From: Squalus acanthias
Taxonomy: Eukaryota
DNA: 64,000 nucleotides
Assembly (NCBI GenBank): GCA_030390025.1
Contig: CM059432.1
Span: 103,728,001-103,792,000, forward strand
Reading direction: 5' to 3'
Notes under the pieces: model-generated
Databases searched by the model: none
What the model was told of the DNA's origin: nothing
Seen by the model: only the letters and a program-made list of their open reading frames with translations
Position numbers and translations under genes: made by a program
Shown here: piece after piece, positions 23,565 to 37,103 of the stretch
How the letters are laid out: every line of letters starts with the position of its first letter
How positions within the stretch are numbered: position 1 is the first letter of the stretch

Positions 23565-23780
23565 AAAAAGAAGATAGGTTAATGTTTCAGTTAACCAATG
23601 TCAGAACTGAAAAGGAAGATAGACCCCTGTAAAGAGACCTGCTTGCCCTTTTCAATTCTGAGTCTCTGCTCAAAATATTACCTGTCTTTTCTCCTTTTAA
23701 TATTCTGCTAAACTTATTGTATACATCCAATGTTTTCTGTTTTTATTTTACATTTCCAGCATTTGCAGTTTTTCTTTTCT
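23565..23780. mobile_element. Old decayed Penelope terminus (fold-back)
   Basis: GTTAATGTTTCAG...GTCAGAACTG and TTTTCTGTTTTTATTTTACATTTCCAGCATTTGCAGT resemble the younger copies. Confidence 0.5.
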
Positions 23781-24269
23781 CATTATCTAACTCACTCTTC
23801 CTAGGGCCTCCAAACCATAATTTGTTATTTCAATATCTTTCCTTCCTCTTACAAACTACAGGCTTTTAAAATCCCAAGCTTGTCACCGCTCAACCACTAG
23901 TTCTTGACATGCTTACTTTTCTTCCCTACTTTTTTCAACCTCAGTAGTGTTCTGCACTATGCATCTTAACATTTTTTCAATTTAAAAAAAGCATTAAGAG
24001 TCTAGTAGGAACTGGAAGACGTTACAGAAGTTTCTACTAAAAGTAGAAAGCCTGCAGTTAATTATATCCCAAAGTTCTGTTATTCCTTGTCAGTGTAATA
24101 TTTCCACATGACGTAAGACTATTCCTTGTGAATGTAACCAATTCATATCATATCAGTCTAACTGTTCATGCAATGTAAGGGTTTCCAATGTGAATTACTA
24201 AAGTGGCAAAGTTGTGAATATTTGACTGAATACTGGAAAATATTCAACTTAACTAAAGTATGTGAGAAA

Positions 24270-24781
24270 ATAAGGAGAAACTGTTTCCACTGGTGGGTGG
24301 GTTGGTAACCAGAGGACACAGATTCAAGATAATTGGCAAAAGAAACAGAGGCAAGAATTTTTTTTTACGCTGCAAGTTGTTATCCAGAATGCACTGCCTA
24401 AAAGGGTGGTGGTCATGATGCGGAGATGCCGGTGTTGGACTGGGGTGGACAAAAATGAGAAGTCGCACAACACCAGGTTATAGTCCAACAGTTTTATTTG
24501 AAATCACAAGCTTTCGATTTCGAAAGCTTGTGATTTCAAATAAAGCTGTTGGACTATAACCTGGTGTTGTGCGACTTCTCATTTTTAAAAGGGTGGTGTA
24601 AGCAGATTTGACAGTAACTTTCAAAAGTGAATTGGATATATACTTGAAAAGAAAAAAATTTCAGGGCTGTGGGGAAAGAGTGGGGGAGTGGGACTAATTG
24701 GATAGCTCTTTCAACGAGCTGGCACAGGCACGATGGGCCAAATGGCCTCCTTCCGTGCTGTAAGATTCTATGATTCTATGA
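24270..24781 (+). mobile_element. CR1 3' fragment interrupted by a fold-back mini-element
   Basis: EKLFPLVGG...RGHRFK-like sequence; (ATTCTATG)n tail. Confidence 0.85.
24412..24585. mobile_element. Second fold-back mini-element of the 12661 family
   Basis: 67-bp inverted repeat 24451-24517 / 24520-24586 with one mismatch; 13-bp TSD TAAAAGGGTGGTG at 24399-24411 and 24586-24598. Confidence 0.88.
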
Positions 24782-26059
24782 CATTCAGCCAAGAAAAGTA
24801 AGAAACAAAAGGTAAAGATTTCCACTATTCACTGTTTATGGAAAAATTGTTAATCTGAGCATAAAGAATGTATTTAGGATTTTGATATTATTAACAAACA
24901 GTGTGAAAGACTAGAGCCGAGCATGCAGTTATCATGGTCTTCAATAGGCAGATCTACAATAACTTTTTAATACAAAGCTGCTTATTCCTTTGAGGACCTC
25001 CTGAACCATAATCCACAACATTACAGCACTGATGTGTTAGATGAAAATTTTCATTATTCAATAAATATGGATTTCGAAGTTGCATAGCAACACTTTCAGA
25101 ACTGAACTTCTTGTAGTTGGAGATTGAGAAGGCACAAGGGTGTCGATTTTCCAATCAGGTGCTTTTAGCATTGACCTAGCCTTCAGCCGACTGACCCTAC
25201 CATAGTCGGATTAAGAATTCTTGGGGCCCTGCGCACCAAGAACATTTCGGGCTATACCTCACACCACAACTCTCCCCGATCAAGTAAAACACAGACATGT
25301 AGTGGAATGCATGAAGAAATAGGCCCGTAGAATGTTAACACACTGCATTAATAATAAAGCAAATCATATCACAATAAGCTACGCTTAAATTAAACCCTCT
25401 TCATTTTGTAACGCACAAAATAAAATAACAGTAACATTAAAATGCTAAGTTTAATACCCAGGCTCTATTATATTACAGCAATTACCTATAATCAGCATCA
25501 AATTATAATTAAGCATGCAAACACCAAACCAGTGAATATTTCAATTGCAGTATTTTCTCAGTAAGAACGATCCAGGATATATCTGCTACATGCATCATCT
25601 CCTCAAAATAATTGAATTTGCCTGCTATTGGATATTTATTTCAACTGAATTTAACAGGGAAACATTTTTTGGAGGAAGTAATGGCAGGAAATAAATGTGG
25701 AGCATTGAGAAACAAAAAATCTTGGAATTACCACAAATATTTAAGATTAATAGAGATGCTAAAATACTGCTACTGGACTTTTAAGTTACATCATTTGGAC
25801 CTATGTGAAAACAAGGCCTCGCCCATTGCTAACTCTAGAAGTCACACTGTCGTGCCAGCCATTTCCCTAGTGTTGGCTGCTCTGCACTACAACCTTTTGT
25901 GCATTTTCATCAGACTGAGGATGGGAAGGCTTTGGCGCCAGAAGCTGTCGCGCCTCACATGAGAAGTTTCCGAGAACCCGGAAGCCACAGGCGAGCGCAA
26001 ACCACAGGCGCGACATGTGAACCATGAACTCTACTTTTCTATTTTCTCCCAGTTTACTT

Positions 26060-26131
26060 GCAGCAGTGCCCAGGAGATGAATCTTTCATTCCTGGATTCT
26101 CCAGGACAATCCAGGAGAGTTGGCAACCCTA
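26060..26131. mobile_element. Probable hAT-type transposon terminus
   Basis: Ends GTTGGCAACCCTA (reverse complement TAGGGTTGCCAAC) after repeated CCAGGA motifs; partner end not identified. Confidence 0.4.
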
Positions 26132-27876
26132 GTTATAACGAATTTTAACAGGTGTCCCATATTTGCTCGGGGCCACTGGGTACGGGCCCCATAGGCCCAT
26201 GTGTTAATCCATCCCTGGACCCTACCTGATATTGCAGGGTCAGCCTTATTTACACAGTGTGGGTAAGCTCCCAGCCTGTATTGGGTCTGATGTTGGAAGC
26301 TTACAAGAAGGGCATGGGCAATAGCATGTAGTCAGCCCTTAAAGTGAAATTGATAAATTTAAAACTATATAGTCACTTACCTTTCAGTGGCCACATCCCT
26401 TTAGACAGGAAATATTTTCATGTATATTTCAGTTTTTGCAAAGGCTGTCTGGGTAACAGACAGAATTCAATGGCTGGCACAGTCAATTTGGAAGCAGGAA
26501 AATGAGTCTGTGGCCAAGTGATGGAGTGGTGCAACACTGCAATCCCATGTTTGATTGTTGGCGAATTAAAAATGATGCAAAATGAGATAATAGCGAGAAG
26601 GGTAGCCCTGCTGTCACTCTAGACACCTTCCTCATGGGATACATTGTAAGGAGGCAGTGGCAGAAGACTTGGGCGTGCAGCTGACCATTATTACCACTAG
26701 CAGTGCTATCCCAAGGTGTATGTTAACTACAGGTGTCCTTGCAACAGATGGCACAGCTTTGTATCAGGCTGTAGACTGACTTGTAACCTGTGCATCCAAT
26801 TCCACACAGCCAATGTTAAGTAGATGTACCTTAGCCTCTAAATATAGGTGGGAATCCATTGGCAGGTGGGTGCAGTCTGCCTCTGGTGCAGTTTGACCTA
26901 CCTGGCATCCTTCCATTGCTCCTACCCTTTTTTCTCCAAAAGGCATAAGTAAAGTAACTTGTCCCAATATCGTGGATGTACCAAATAAAGCAGTGTCAGA
27001 ACACTTGGCACAAAGCCTCCTGACCAAAGTGAAAACAGGAAAGAAACAAAAAGGCAAGAAAAAACATTCAGAAATAGTGTCAAGATACTGCTACAAATCT
27101 TGCTATAGGTCTTTTTTAATGCAATTCTAAAAACAGCACCATGGCAGCCCTGGGTGCTTATTTTATATGGGCTGGTAAAGGATTGATTGCTATACTTGTA
27201 CAAAAATCAGGAAATTGTATGGACATCTAAATGATATCACTGGGGCCTAATTTTAATATTATTAATTGCAAACTGGTGGGCATGTCTGGAGTTAGTAGAA
27301 AATCTGACTGGAAAATTTGATGGGATACCAAATGAGCAGAAATCTGATGTAATGGATCTTTGCTCATTATTTTGATCGGTGATGCTTATTTAATACCTGT
27401 TAACTGATTAGAAAATCGACCCTATGAGTCAGGTTTTTTAAATGCTGAGAGAAATGGATGGTGTAGATACAAGTTGATTATTTAACTTGGACTGTGAACA
27501 TAGATCTAGAGGACAAGTATAAAATTAACAAGCCCCAAGTAAGTCTTGAAACTGGATGGAATTTTTTTTCCCAGCAAAATCATGGATATGTGGGATAGAC
27601 ATCCAGATAATTGTGCTGTGCTGATTAACATTTTTAAGAAGGAACTAGTTGAATATCTGGTTCAGAGCAGAATTGAGCGTTCTACAGACGGATATGATTG
27701 AATACCACGTGGAACATGATCGTCCCAGATCTCCTGGGACTATTAAGATGTCATACCAAGAAAAGCAGCGGGTCCATGATGTGTAAAGTAGTTGCATGGT
27801 TAGACAGACATTCTGGAGATTTTCTTAATTTATCTTTGGAGGACCAGGGAGGAAACTAGCTGGACCTTTTCTCAGG

Positions 27877-28816
27877 CGATGACGACACAAAACTAGGTGG
27901 GATTGTGAGTTGTGAGGAGGATGCAAAGAGGCTTCAAGGCGATTTAGACAAGTTGAGTGAGTGGGCAAATACATGGCAGATGCAGTATAATGTGGATAAA
28001 TGTGAAGTTATCCACTTCAGCAGGAAAACAGAAAGGCAGAGTATTATTTAAATAGTGATAGATTGGGAAATGTTGATGTACAAAGGGACCTGGGTGTCCT
28101 TGTACACCAGTCACTGAAAGCAAACATGCAGGTGCAGCAAGCAGTTAGGAAGGCAAATGGTATGTTGGCCTTCATTGCAAGAGGATTTGAGTACAGGAGC
28201 AAAGATGTCTTACTACAGTTATACAGGGCCTTGGTGAGACCACACCTGGAGTACTGTGTGCCCTTTTGGTCTCCTTACCCAAGAAAGGATATACTTGCCA
28301 TAGAGGGAGTGCAGCGAAGGTTCACCAGACTGATTCCTGGGATGGCAGGTCTGTCGTATAAGGAGAAATTGGGTCGACTAGGCCTGTATTCACTAGAGTT
28401 TAGAAGAATGAGAGGGGATCTCATTGAAATGTATAAAATTGACCGGGCTAGACAGACTGGATGCAGGGAGGATGTTTCCCCTCGCTGGGGGTGTCTAGAA
28501 CGAGGGGTGACAGACAGTCTCAGGATACGGGGTAGGACATTTAGGACTGAGATGAGGAGAAATTTCTTCACTCAGAGGGTGGTGAACCTGTGGAATTCTC
28601 TACCACAGAAGGCTGTGGAGGCCAAGTCACTGAATATATTTAAGAAGGAGATAGATAGATTTCTAGACACAAAAGGCATCAAGGGGTATGGGGAGAGAGC
28701 GGGAATATGGTATTGAGATAGATGATCAGCCATGATCATATTGAATGGCAGAGCAGGCTCGAAGGGCCAAATGGCCTACTCCTGCTCCTATTTTTCTATG
28801 TTTCTATGTTTCTATG
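27877..28816 (+). mobile_element. 5'-truncated CR1
   Basis: ORF 28063-28716; (TTTCTATG)n tail. Confidence 0.93.
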
Positions 28817-30699
28817 AAATGGTGTGGGTAGAGTCAATGATAAACCAGTTTGTATGTGGCCTGTTAAAGGAATGGGCTTGATGGGCAGAATGTTTTTTTC
28901 TTGTTCGGTGCTACTTTCATGCTCTTCATTTACCAGCAGTTCAGTTGTTGAGCACTACAGGCCAACATCTCACTTACTTATAAAATCCACATTTTAAAAT
29001 ATCTGCAGCTGGGCCCTCCCAGCATGGTCTTGCTAGCTTGGTTAGTAGCTTTAATGGCTGCCGTGCAGACTCTGGGCTCTGCAATGGAAACATTGGTGGA
29101 TCGAATAGACAGGGACTTGGAAGGGGTTGGTCACCTTCTGCAGTCTGGCCCCTTTTATACTGCTTCAGAAGCTCTCATACTCCAATCCTGCTGGGGTTAT
29201 TGGCGGGTCTGAGATTTTCGGGGCATCCGCAATTTGGAGTTAAAATGCAGTGGATGCGGGAATGACGTCATTGGAGCGCAACATTAACTTTCTAATTCAG
29301 GCGCCACTTGCCAGGGGCGGACACTTGACACGCAGCCAGATACAGGTCAGTTAAACATGTTGGGGAGCAGGAACAGTGCGGGTAGCCCCATGGCACAATT
29401 TTAACCCCACCCGGCCCATTCCCGTGGGGGCGGGCTGGGTTAAAACTGGCCCTAAAATGTCTACTCCAAGGCCACCTCTAATCAGCAGTTTGAAATCCTA
29501 ACATTCAGCAACAAGGGGCAACTGAGAGACACCAGTAAATGTACAACTATCTTTCTTTATAATATTGAAAGATTGTGCAGTAATTCATTGGAATATACTT
29601 CCCCTTTAAACCTTATGCAATTAAAGTGTCCTGTATCATACAGTCTTCAGCTCAATGATCTATGGCACCTGCAGGAGGTAAATCAGATCACAACAAAGTG
29701 ATGATACCAGCTTTTTTCAATGACGATCATGTATGAGCATGGAGTAATATGCAGAAGTCATTATTTTTTAATTGAATCTAGATCTACCAAAATATTTTTC
29801 TGCCACAATTTCATGAGATTTATGTTGCCTGGCCATGTTCAATAGTGTGATTTTATTATTTTGAGGAATACTAATGTTTCAATATATATGCACAAGTTCA
29901 AAAGGGCAACTAATAGTAAAAGAAAACTATAAAATATTTCCAATAAGATCATCTCTGGTATGTGTGTTTAAATTCATACCAATGGACTGATTTTCTTGAA
30001 AATGTGTTCATTGTTATAGATTATAAGACATCTTCCTAATGAAACATTCCACTGTGATTGAACGGTCTCAGTGTGAAAGGAATTCAGTGCTCTCTCTCTC
30101 CCTCTCTCTCTCTCTTTCATTGTACCTTAACAGAACACTCGAGTATAACAAAATGAGTGAAGGACAGAATTAGCTGCAGTCCAGTCATGTGACTTCCAGT
30201 CTGGAAAATCAGTTAAGAGTGATGATAAATATTGGTCGTGGCTGTGCAATGACACTTTGCCCTTAGGAAAGTGACCAAACATCTGTTCCTGTAGATCAAA
30301 CATGTATTGATAAGCTGCAAGAGAAGAGACTAACAAGGTTATCAGGAGATGTTTTATGCTGATACTTGTCACAAGGAAAGTTACAAACATCTGTTATTCA
30401 GATCAGATATACATATTTGAATCTTGCAAAACACTGTACTCTTGAATATGACGATGCATGTTTGGCTAATCATGCGCAAACATTATAATGTGTTGGTTAC
30501 CTTTATTATTTTACAGTTAAGAAGGGTATGAAGTCTCAAATGATTATGTTTATTGATCTTCCATTATGTTGTAAAGGATTACTGTTTTAAAAGATGAAAC
30601 TGGTGCTTTTTTTTTCAGGGAAAGAGCAGTGCACTAACTTATTATCACGACTGCTCTTGGTGTTCACTTATCATATTTAAGGGAAGATAAAACACTCTG

Positions 30700-31536
30700 G
30701 TGTACCCCGTACCTAAATGGTGAGGGCCGAGGAGCCCCTGATATTGGGCCTCGGGCTCATTACCATCAAGCTGGCGTGGCGCGAACAGCCAGCCAGCAAA
30801 GAGTCAACGAAGATTGGGCCACTGCTAGCATCACAGCGGCCCTCAAGTAAGTACAGGCCAGGGGGTGAGGTGAAAAACGGAGGCCAGAGGAGGGAGATAT
30901 GGAGGCTAGAGGGGGGAGAAATGGAGGCCAGGGTGGAGGGAAACGGAGCCCGGGTAGGGGGTAAATGGAGTCCGGCGGGGAGATCAGAGGCTGTGGGGGG
31001 TGGGGAGGGTGGAGATTGGAGCAATGGCGAAAGGGACAGAGGCCAGAGGGGGGATATCGGAGCCCACGGGGGGAGGGGGGAAAACAGAGACCGGGGGATC
31101 AGAGAGATCGGAGGATGGGGGCATCGGAGAGCGGCGGCAATTGAGGGGGCAACAGTGGCGGCCCACGTTCTTTAAATGTGGGGTCAGGAGCAGCACTCCC
31201 GCTCCTCCCGGCTCCACATTCAGGTAAATATATTTCAAAAACTTACCTTGTTGGTAGCAGGCAGTCCCAAGGTCTGGTTTTGCTGAGTGCACCCAGGGCA
31301 AACCAATCTAGCAGTGGGCGCCTAAAACAGGCATTAGGCTCCTTATTTGCATATGCAAAGGCTCTAATACGTGTTTCAGGAGTGGGCACTGCACAACCAT
31401 TTTCTTTTCTTTCCAAATATGGCGGGTGGCGTATTTCAGGACGGAAATACATGTGCGCTTCCTGACCACCATATTGGGGGCTTAGTAGGCCAGTTAACAC
31501 CTGAAAGATGGGCACTGCAGGCTGAATTTATAGGCC
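30700..31536. mobile_element. Harbinger-type non-autonomous element
   Basis: Right end GAATTTATAGGCC; internal motif shared in reverse complement with 60085-60123; left boundary uncertain. Confidence 0.55.
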
Positions 31537-31756
31537 TTCTTTTAGAATCATAGAATCGTAGAATGGTTACAGCACAGAAGGAGGCCATTCTGCCCGTCGA
31601 GCCCGTGCCGGGAATGGCTTTTTTTACAATGAGTATGACTTATATACAAAATTACAATTAGTAGCCTATTGTTTCACAATTAAAAGGCAACACTGATACA
31701 CTATTACTGCCCTTCTACTATCACCTATAACCCAGTAATTACCTTCTTCCTCATTT

Positions 31757-32190
31757 AAGAACATAAAACATAAGAAATAGGAGCAAGAGTAGGCCATTTG
31801 GCCCTTCGAGCCTGCTCCACCATTTAATAAGATCATGGCTGATCTTTTACCGCAACTCCACCTTCCCGCACTATCCCATATTTCTTGATTCCCTTAGTAT
31901 CCAAAAATCTATTGATCTCTGTCTTGAATATACTCAATGCCTGAGCATCCACAGCCTTCTGAGGTAGAGAATTGCAAAGATTCACTACCCTCTGAGTGAA
32001 GAAATTTCTCCTCATCTTAGTCCTAAATGGCCAACCCATTTTTCTGAGACTGTGACCCCTGGTGCTAGACTCCCCAGCCAGGAGAAATAACCTCCCAGCA
32101 TCTACCTTGTCAAGCCCCTTAAGAATTTTGTACATTTCAATGCAATCACCTCTCATTCTTCTAAACTCTAGGGAATATCGGCCTAGTCTA
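31757..32190 (-). mobile_element. CR1 3' fragment
   Basis: ORF 31833-32156 (RRNFFTQRVVNL) plus tail. Confidence 0.9.
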
Positions 32191-33309
32191 GGGTTTTAGT
32201 TCACAAACACCCAAGCTTTATCATCATAGTGCACGCAGAACAAAGAAACTGTTTTGAGATCTGGGGACTGATATGATCTGAGCACACTGGATTATGAAGT
32301 CCGGCAGCAATCAGCTTTGCCGATCGCCATCTAAGTTTGCCCTGCACAAATTTCCAGTTAGGTGTGGGCAGACTTTGGAAACTTTGGTCAGAAGCAAGCA
32401 AGACCTTCATTCGTATATTCAATAGTGGGTGCCACTCAGTCTTGGTAAGTTCCCAGCATGTCCAGGGGGTCTTGGATGGGCCTTTCAGGCGGGAGACCCA
32501 CAGCACTTCAAGTTACTGTTTTTAGGCCATTTCAAGGCCTTTCCTGTTCATTGATTAAAATTCATTTCTCCTGGAACTTGGGCTTTCCTTAGCCTTTGTG
32601 CCAGGTGTTGCAAATTATTTTTTGCCCCCAGCTCCCTTTCCTGGCACCATTGAGAGTCTTCCGGCTAGAAGGAGAGGAGGACCTATGAAAGGATGCCAGG
32701 CAGGTAATGCTATCTGAGAGGTGCTCTATACTGTCTTGTGAGCACTCATGTACTCACATCTGGGAGAAGGACATTAAAGTACCTCTGTCGCAGCAGTAAC
32801 GGCAGATCCCCGGTGTCATTAAAATATATGAATGCCCGACTAGCTATTATGCTGGATGGTTCTTCAAAAGCACCCCTCCCAGTATGTTATGCTTTACATG
32901 GCACTGCATGCAAGAAGGCATGCCAGGGTGATTAAGAGCCAGCATTGCCTGATTGGCCACAGCCAAGATGCCAGTAACTATTTCTGCAGTCATTGGCAAT
33001 AACAGAAATAAGAAGATGATACTGAATTCTTCTTCCTTTTTACCAATGACTGTGGGGAGCTGGAACAGCAGAAATGGAGCTGCCTATAAGGACATCCGTG
33101 GCAGCCATACAAAAGAGGAGTGAAACAAGCAGAGATGGCAATGGTCAGCTGTAGCCTGAAACTTGGCTCCACCTCCTTTTAGGCACATTACAATGCAGAC
33201 CCATGGGAATGGTGCTGTGGAGAGGCATAAAGAGCAACCCTCCTCCTAACTAACCCTCCATGTAGCACCAACTCAACTTCAGCAGCCATAATTTTTTATA
33301 TATATCAAA

Positions 33310-33650
33310 TATATATAGGTCATTTATATATATCAAAAAAAGCAGTGGCCCAAGCACTGACTCTTGGGAACGCCACTGTCTACCATCCTCCAGTCTGAAA
33401 AACAGCCATTTACCACAACTCGCTGTTTTCTGTCCTTAAGCAAATTCCTTATCCAAGTTGGCGCTGACCCACTTATTCCATGAGCCTCAATTTTGTTAAC
33501 CAGCCTTCTATGTAGTACTTTTTCAAACGCCTTCCTAAAATCCATGTAGACAACATCCATTGCATTCCCTTCATCAATCCTCCCTGTTACTTCATCAAAA
33601 AATTCAATTAGATTCGTCAAACACGATCTGCCTTTTACAAATCCTGTGCT
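33310..33650 (-). mobile_element. CR1 RT internal fragment
   Basis: GFVKGRSCLTNLIEFF...MDFRKAFEKV. Confidence 0.88.
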
Positions 33651-33797
33651 GGCTCTACAGCTTTCTACAGCTGTCTTCAGTTGAGCCAATCTCATTGCCG
33701 TGGTAATAATTGATATTAGGTTATTCCGAGCTGTTGCCATCTTTGTTGCTACCTTCCCTGTCGGGTGACCTCTGGCCTTTCAGGTTGTCTAAAGTAA

Positions 33798-35372
33798 TTT
33801 TTTAAAATTTGTTTATGTGATGTGGGCATCACTGGCAAGGCCAGCATTTATTGCCCATCCCTAATTGCCCTTGAGAAGGTGGTGGTGAGCCGCCTTCTTG
33901 AACCGCTGCAGTCCGTGTGGTGAAGGTACTCCCACAGTGCTGTTTGGGAGGGAGTTCCAGGGTTTTGACCCAGCAATGATGAAGGATCGACGATATACTT
34001 CTAAGTCAGGATGGTGTGTGACTTGGAGGGGAACTTGGAGTTGGTAGTGTTCCCATGGGCCTGCTGTCGTTGTCCTTCTAGGTGAAAGAAGTCGCAGGTT
34101 TGGGAGGTGCTGCCGAAGAAGCCTTGGTGAGTTGCTGCAGTGCATCTTGTACACACATGGTACACACTGCAGCCACGGTACGCTGGTGGTGGAGGGAGCG
34201 AAGGTTTAAGGTGCTGGATGGTGATCAAGCGGGCTGCTTTGTCCTGGATGGTGTCGAGCTTCCTGAGTGTTGTTGAAGCTGCACTCATCCAGGCAAGTGG
34301 AGAGTATTCCATCACACTCCTTACTTGTGCCTTGTAGATGGTGGAAAGGCTTTGGGGAGTCAGGAAGTGAGACACTCGCCGCAGAATACCTAGCCCCTGA
34401 CCTGCTCTTGTTGCCGCAGTATTTATGTGGCTGGTCCAGTTAAGTTTCTGGTCAATGGTGACCCCCAGGATGTTGAAGGTGGGGGATTCGGCGATGGTAA
34501 TGCCGTTGAATGTCAAGGGGCGGTGGTTAGACTCTTGCTTGTTGGAGATAGTCATTGCCTGGCACTTCTGTGGCGCGAATGTTACCTGCCACTTATCAGC
34601 CCAAGCCTGAACGTTGTCCAGGTCTTGTTGCGTGCGGGCATGGACTGCTTCATTATCTGAGGAGTTGTGAATGGCGCTGAACACTGTGCAGTCATCAGCG
34701 AACATCCCCATTTCTGACCTTATGTTGGAGGGAAGGTCATTGATGAAGCAGCTGAAGATGGTTGGGCCTAGGACACTGCCCTGAGGAACTCCTGCAGTGA
34801 TGTCCTGGGCTGTGATGATTGACCTTCAACCACCACAACCATCTTCCTTTGTGCTAGGCATGACTCCAGCCAGTGGAGAGTTTTCACCCGATTCCCATTG
34901 ACTTCAGTTTTACTAGGGCTCCTTGATGCCACACTCGGTCAAATGCTGCCTTGGTGTCAAGGGCAATCACTCTCACCTCACCTTTGGAATTCAGCTCCTT
35001 TGTCCATGTTTGGACCAAGGCTGTAATGAGGTCGGGAGCCGAGTGGTCTTGGCGGATCTCAAACTGGGCATCAGTGAGCAGGTTATTGGTGAGTAAGTGC
35101 CGCTTGATAGCACTGTTGATGACACCTTCCATCACTTTGCTGATGATTGAGAGTAGACTGATGGGGCGGTAATTGGCCGGATTGGATTTGTCCTGCTTTT
35201 TGTGGACAGGACATACCTGGGCAGTTTTCCACATTGTCGGATAGATGCCAGTTTTATAGCTGTACTGGAACAGCTTGGCTAGAGGCACGGCTAGTTCTGG
35301 AGCAGAAGTCTTCAGCACAATAGCCAGGATGTTGTTGGGATCCATAGCCTTTGCTGTATCCAGTGCATTCAG
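33798..35372 (-). mobile_element. 5'-truncated LINE of a divergent CR1-group lineage
   Basis: NYRPISLLSIISKVME, ALDTKAAFDRVWHQG, MFADDCT; distinct tail GGGCAATAAATGCTGGCCTTGCCAGTGATGCCCACATC. Confidence 0.88.
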
Positions 35373-37103
35373 ATCATACTGCATTGAAACTGTTATCTCT
35401 AAAACAATTCTTCATAGCATACAATTCCAAATATGATAGACAAATCTAAATATATATAAATAGATATATGGATGTAAATTTGGCAATTTTTCATTCATAT
35501 TTTCAAACAAAATATAAGTCATGTGCACGTCTTCTACAAATTGGTTTAATAATTATCCTTTATGCTTGTCTATAGGTAGAACTGTTGCCATTGTAACAAG
35601 ATGTTATAACTATGAGCATTTTTCAGAACAGAATCTTATTCCACAAGATAGCAACACACAAGTAAGCTTATATTTTCTCTGAGCTGTTCACATACTGCTG
35701 GGAGTTGCTCAGCAGTGATGTGTGCTGTTATAAAAAGAAAGTGTTTACACTTCCCTCTTAGCAGGCAAAGCACCTTTGATGTCCCTGTATCTCATGTCTG
35801 TATTCGAGTAATTGACAGGTTTACTTCTAGGCCAGAATGTATTTAATCATGAGGTACACATGATCATCTGCCCACAGTAATGCAGAAGGCTACACTGGTG
35901 CTCAATGCCATGTAATGTGATCTGTTGCAGATTGTGCTTTAAAATAAACATTATACTGAAGCAGATTATGTGTCACTGGTTTATTTTCCTCTCAGCTTAC
36001 AACACAGTGTATCCATATATGGGTATATTATTTCATGAAAGTGGTCCCAGGACCTGCTGAATACAATGGAATTTGGGGCGTCTTTGAAACTGGGCAGATG
36101 ATCTAATTATCACTTAGCATTGTTAGCTAATACTTATGCTTATTTCAGGAGCAAGTATCCACACATATTGTAATAATGAAAAATGGTCAAAAGTGGGGAA
36201 GATCACTTTCATGGAATAAAAGACTGCTTATCCGTTGGTGACGCTCAACTGAATATCGAAATATTAAGCTTATTGATTGATTCCAACCATTGCAACCAAT
36301 GCATGACTTTCTTGCTTGCAGATTTTTGAATTAGGTTACTCCCAAAATAGAATATTTTTGGTAATCAGTAGTTCCCTGCTGATTACCTTTCCATTCCCAT
36401 CTTAACGTTAAAATGATAAGTGAATTAAACAGGAATACAGTAGCTTTCCCAAGTAAAAGCCTGCTTGGTGATACCTTTGTGCACTTATGAAATGCTGTAA
36501 ATCCTTTAAAAATCTTAGGTGGTCATGATAGAATTTTACCAAGTATGTGTTTGATGGTGAGGAAAATCATTTTCAGTCTGCAATGAATGGAGAATAGAGG
36601 GCATGATCTTCTGATGCACTGGGAGCATACTCAGCCAATTTGGGCCTAGCTCACGAAAAAAGTTTATTTTCATGATTAAATGCAGAAGTTAAAAGTCTTT
36701 TTTGGCAGGGCACTAACAAATGTCATTGCGTAAAGAGCTTAATGTCAATGAAGTTGTTCAATCTGATCACTTAACCTTTGCTTCAACATGATACTGCTGG
36801 CACTGTGCAAGTGCTAACTACAAATCCAGACATCTTTAGAACATATTTAACAGGGCCACTCTCCCAGCGAAGAGCTTCACCCACTGGCAGCACATATCAA
36901 AAATTCGACCAAACACTGCCCGCCTTTTTCTTATAGTTTGTGTATTTTTACTCAATAGAGATGTATCCTATATACATCACCCAGGCAGGCAGCTTCCCTG
37001 TATGCATCTAAGAAAAATATAGCTGATAACCCAACACATGTTCTAGTTGTAGCTCTTTTCATTCAGGCATTTTGAAAGCTAAAATAATGAAACATATTAA
37101 TAC

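Noticed and set aside
30713..31301. Gly-rich and Pro-rich ORFs
   Set aside because: Arise from the G-rich low-complexity core of a MITE.
35400..37100. Unique AT-rich island as exons or conserved non-coding elements
   Set aside because: No sustained reading frame with splice sites; conservation cannot be judged without alignments.
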